From the NCBI GenBank assembly GCA_021432655.1, contig MU271235.1, positions 1 through 64,000 on the forward strand: DNA of 64,000 nt. The letters are read 5' to 3'. Both the position numbers and the translations under genes were made by a program. The notes under the pieces were generated by a model. That model was given only the letters and a program-made list of their open reading frames with translations. It did not search any database and was not told the DNA's origin. The DNA is from Atractiella rhizophila. Its lineage: Eukaryota. Of this stretch, positions 63,655-64,000 are shown piece after piece. The first letter of the stretch is position 1. Every line of letters begins with the position of its first letter.

Positions 63655-64000
63655 CAGTCATGAGGCTCCAGTGGTAGAGATAAAACAGGTACATTGTTGT
63701 AGCTTCGGCCTTAAGCTCAGTTCAGTTTATCGGGATGTGTTGATAATTCAGTTTGGTTGTTTGTTTGTCTGATTCGCACGTGTCGCATTGGGGAACGCGC
63801 ATATGAAATTGATAACGGCACCAAAACGTCTCCCTTCCTCGCTCACTGCCCTAATTGCCAAGCAGACGTCATAACACCACTGCCAGTATCACAGCCGAAA
63901 TGATTCGACACTGCACCAGGTGAACGTGGTAACTGGTAAACCGAGAACCGAGAATCCAGGTTCCAGGCGGACGAAGGGACCCACCGCGCGGGCACATTGA

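Overview
Intron-rich fungal genomic DNA, most likely a basidiomycete. The ~50-nt introns with GTNCGT/GTGAGT donors and the F-box-like gene families suggest Pucciniomycotina (inference). There are three N-gaps (1770-2282, 17285-17309, 18821-19440). Left half: a priB-like Zn2Cys6 transcription factor, an ankyrin protein with a bacterial-type C-terminal domain, a secreted polysaccharide-lyase-like protein, TRM1, a laccase-like multicopper oxidase, a second Zn2Cys6 protein, an F-box/LRR gene and a small type I membrane protein. Middle: two tandem ABCC (MRP/YBT1-like) transporters, the second carrying a nonsense codon, plus a third 3'-only fragment at 62.4 kb. 45.4-59.7 kb is a cluster of decayed mobile DNA: solo LTRs with 5-bp TSDs, a PIF/Harbinger transposase relic, a Crypton-like tyrosine recombinase relic with a divergent partner gene, and a ~5.3-kb DxxH-type DDE (Dada-like) element bounded by a direct repeat. 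The most striking observation is that two gap-adjacent blocks (2283-2600 and ~13610-17284) are written in mirror orientation (reversed but not complemented), so the six-frame track cannot see them. Decoded, they give the missing exon of the transcription factor and a Ty1/copia RT-RNase H region interrupted by a third solo LTR. This is almost certainly a gap-filling artefact rather than biology. I found no convincing wholly new biological system. The best biological leads are the Dada-like element, the Crypton-like divergent gene pair and the bacterial-type ankyrin gene.
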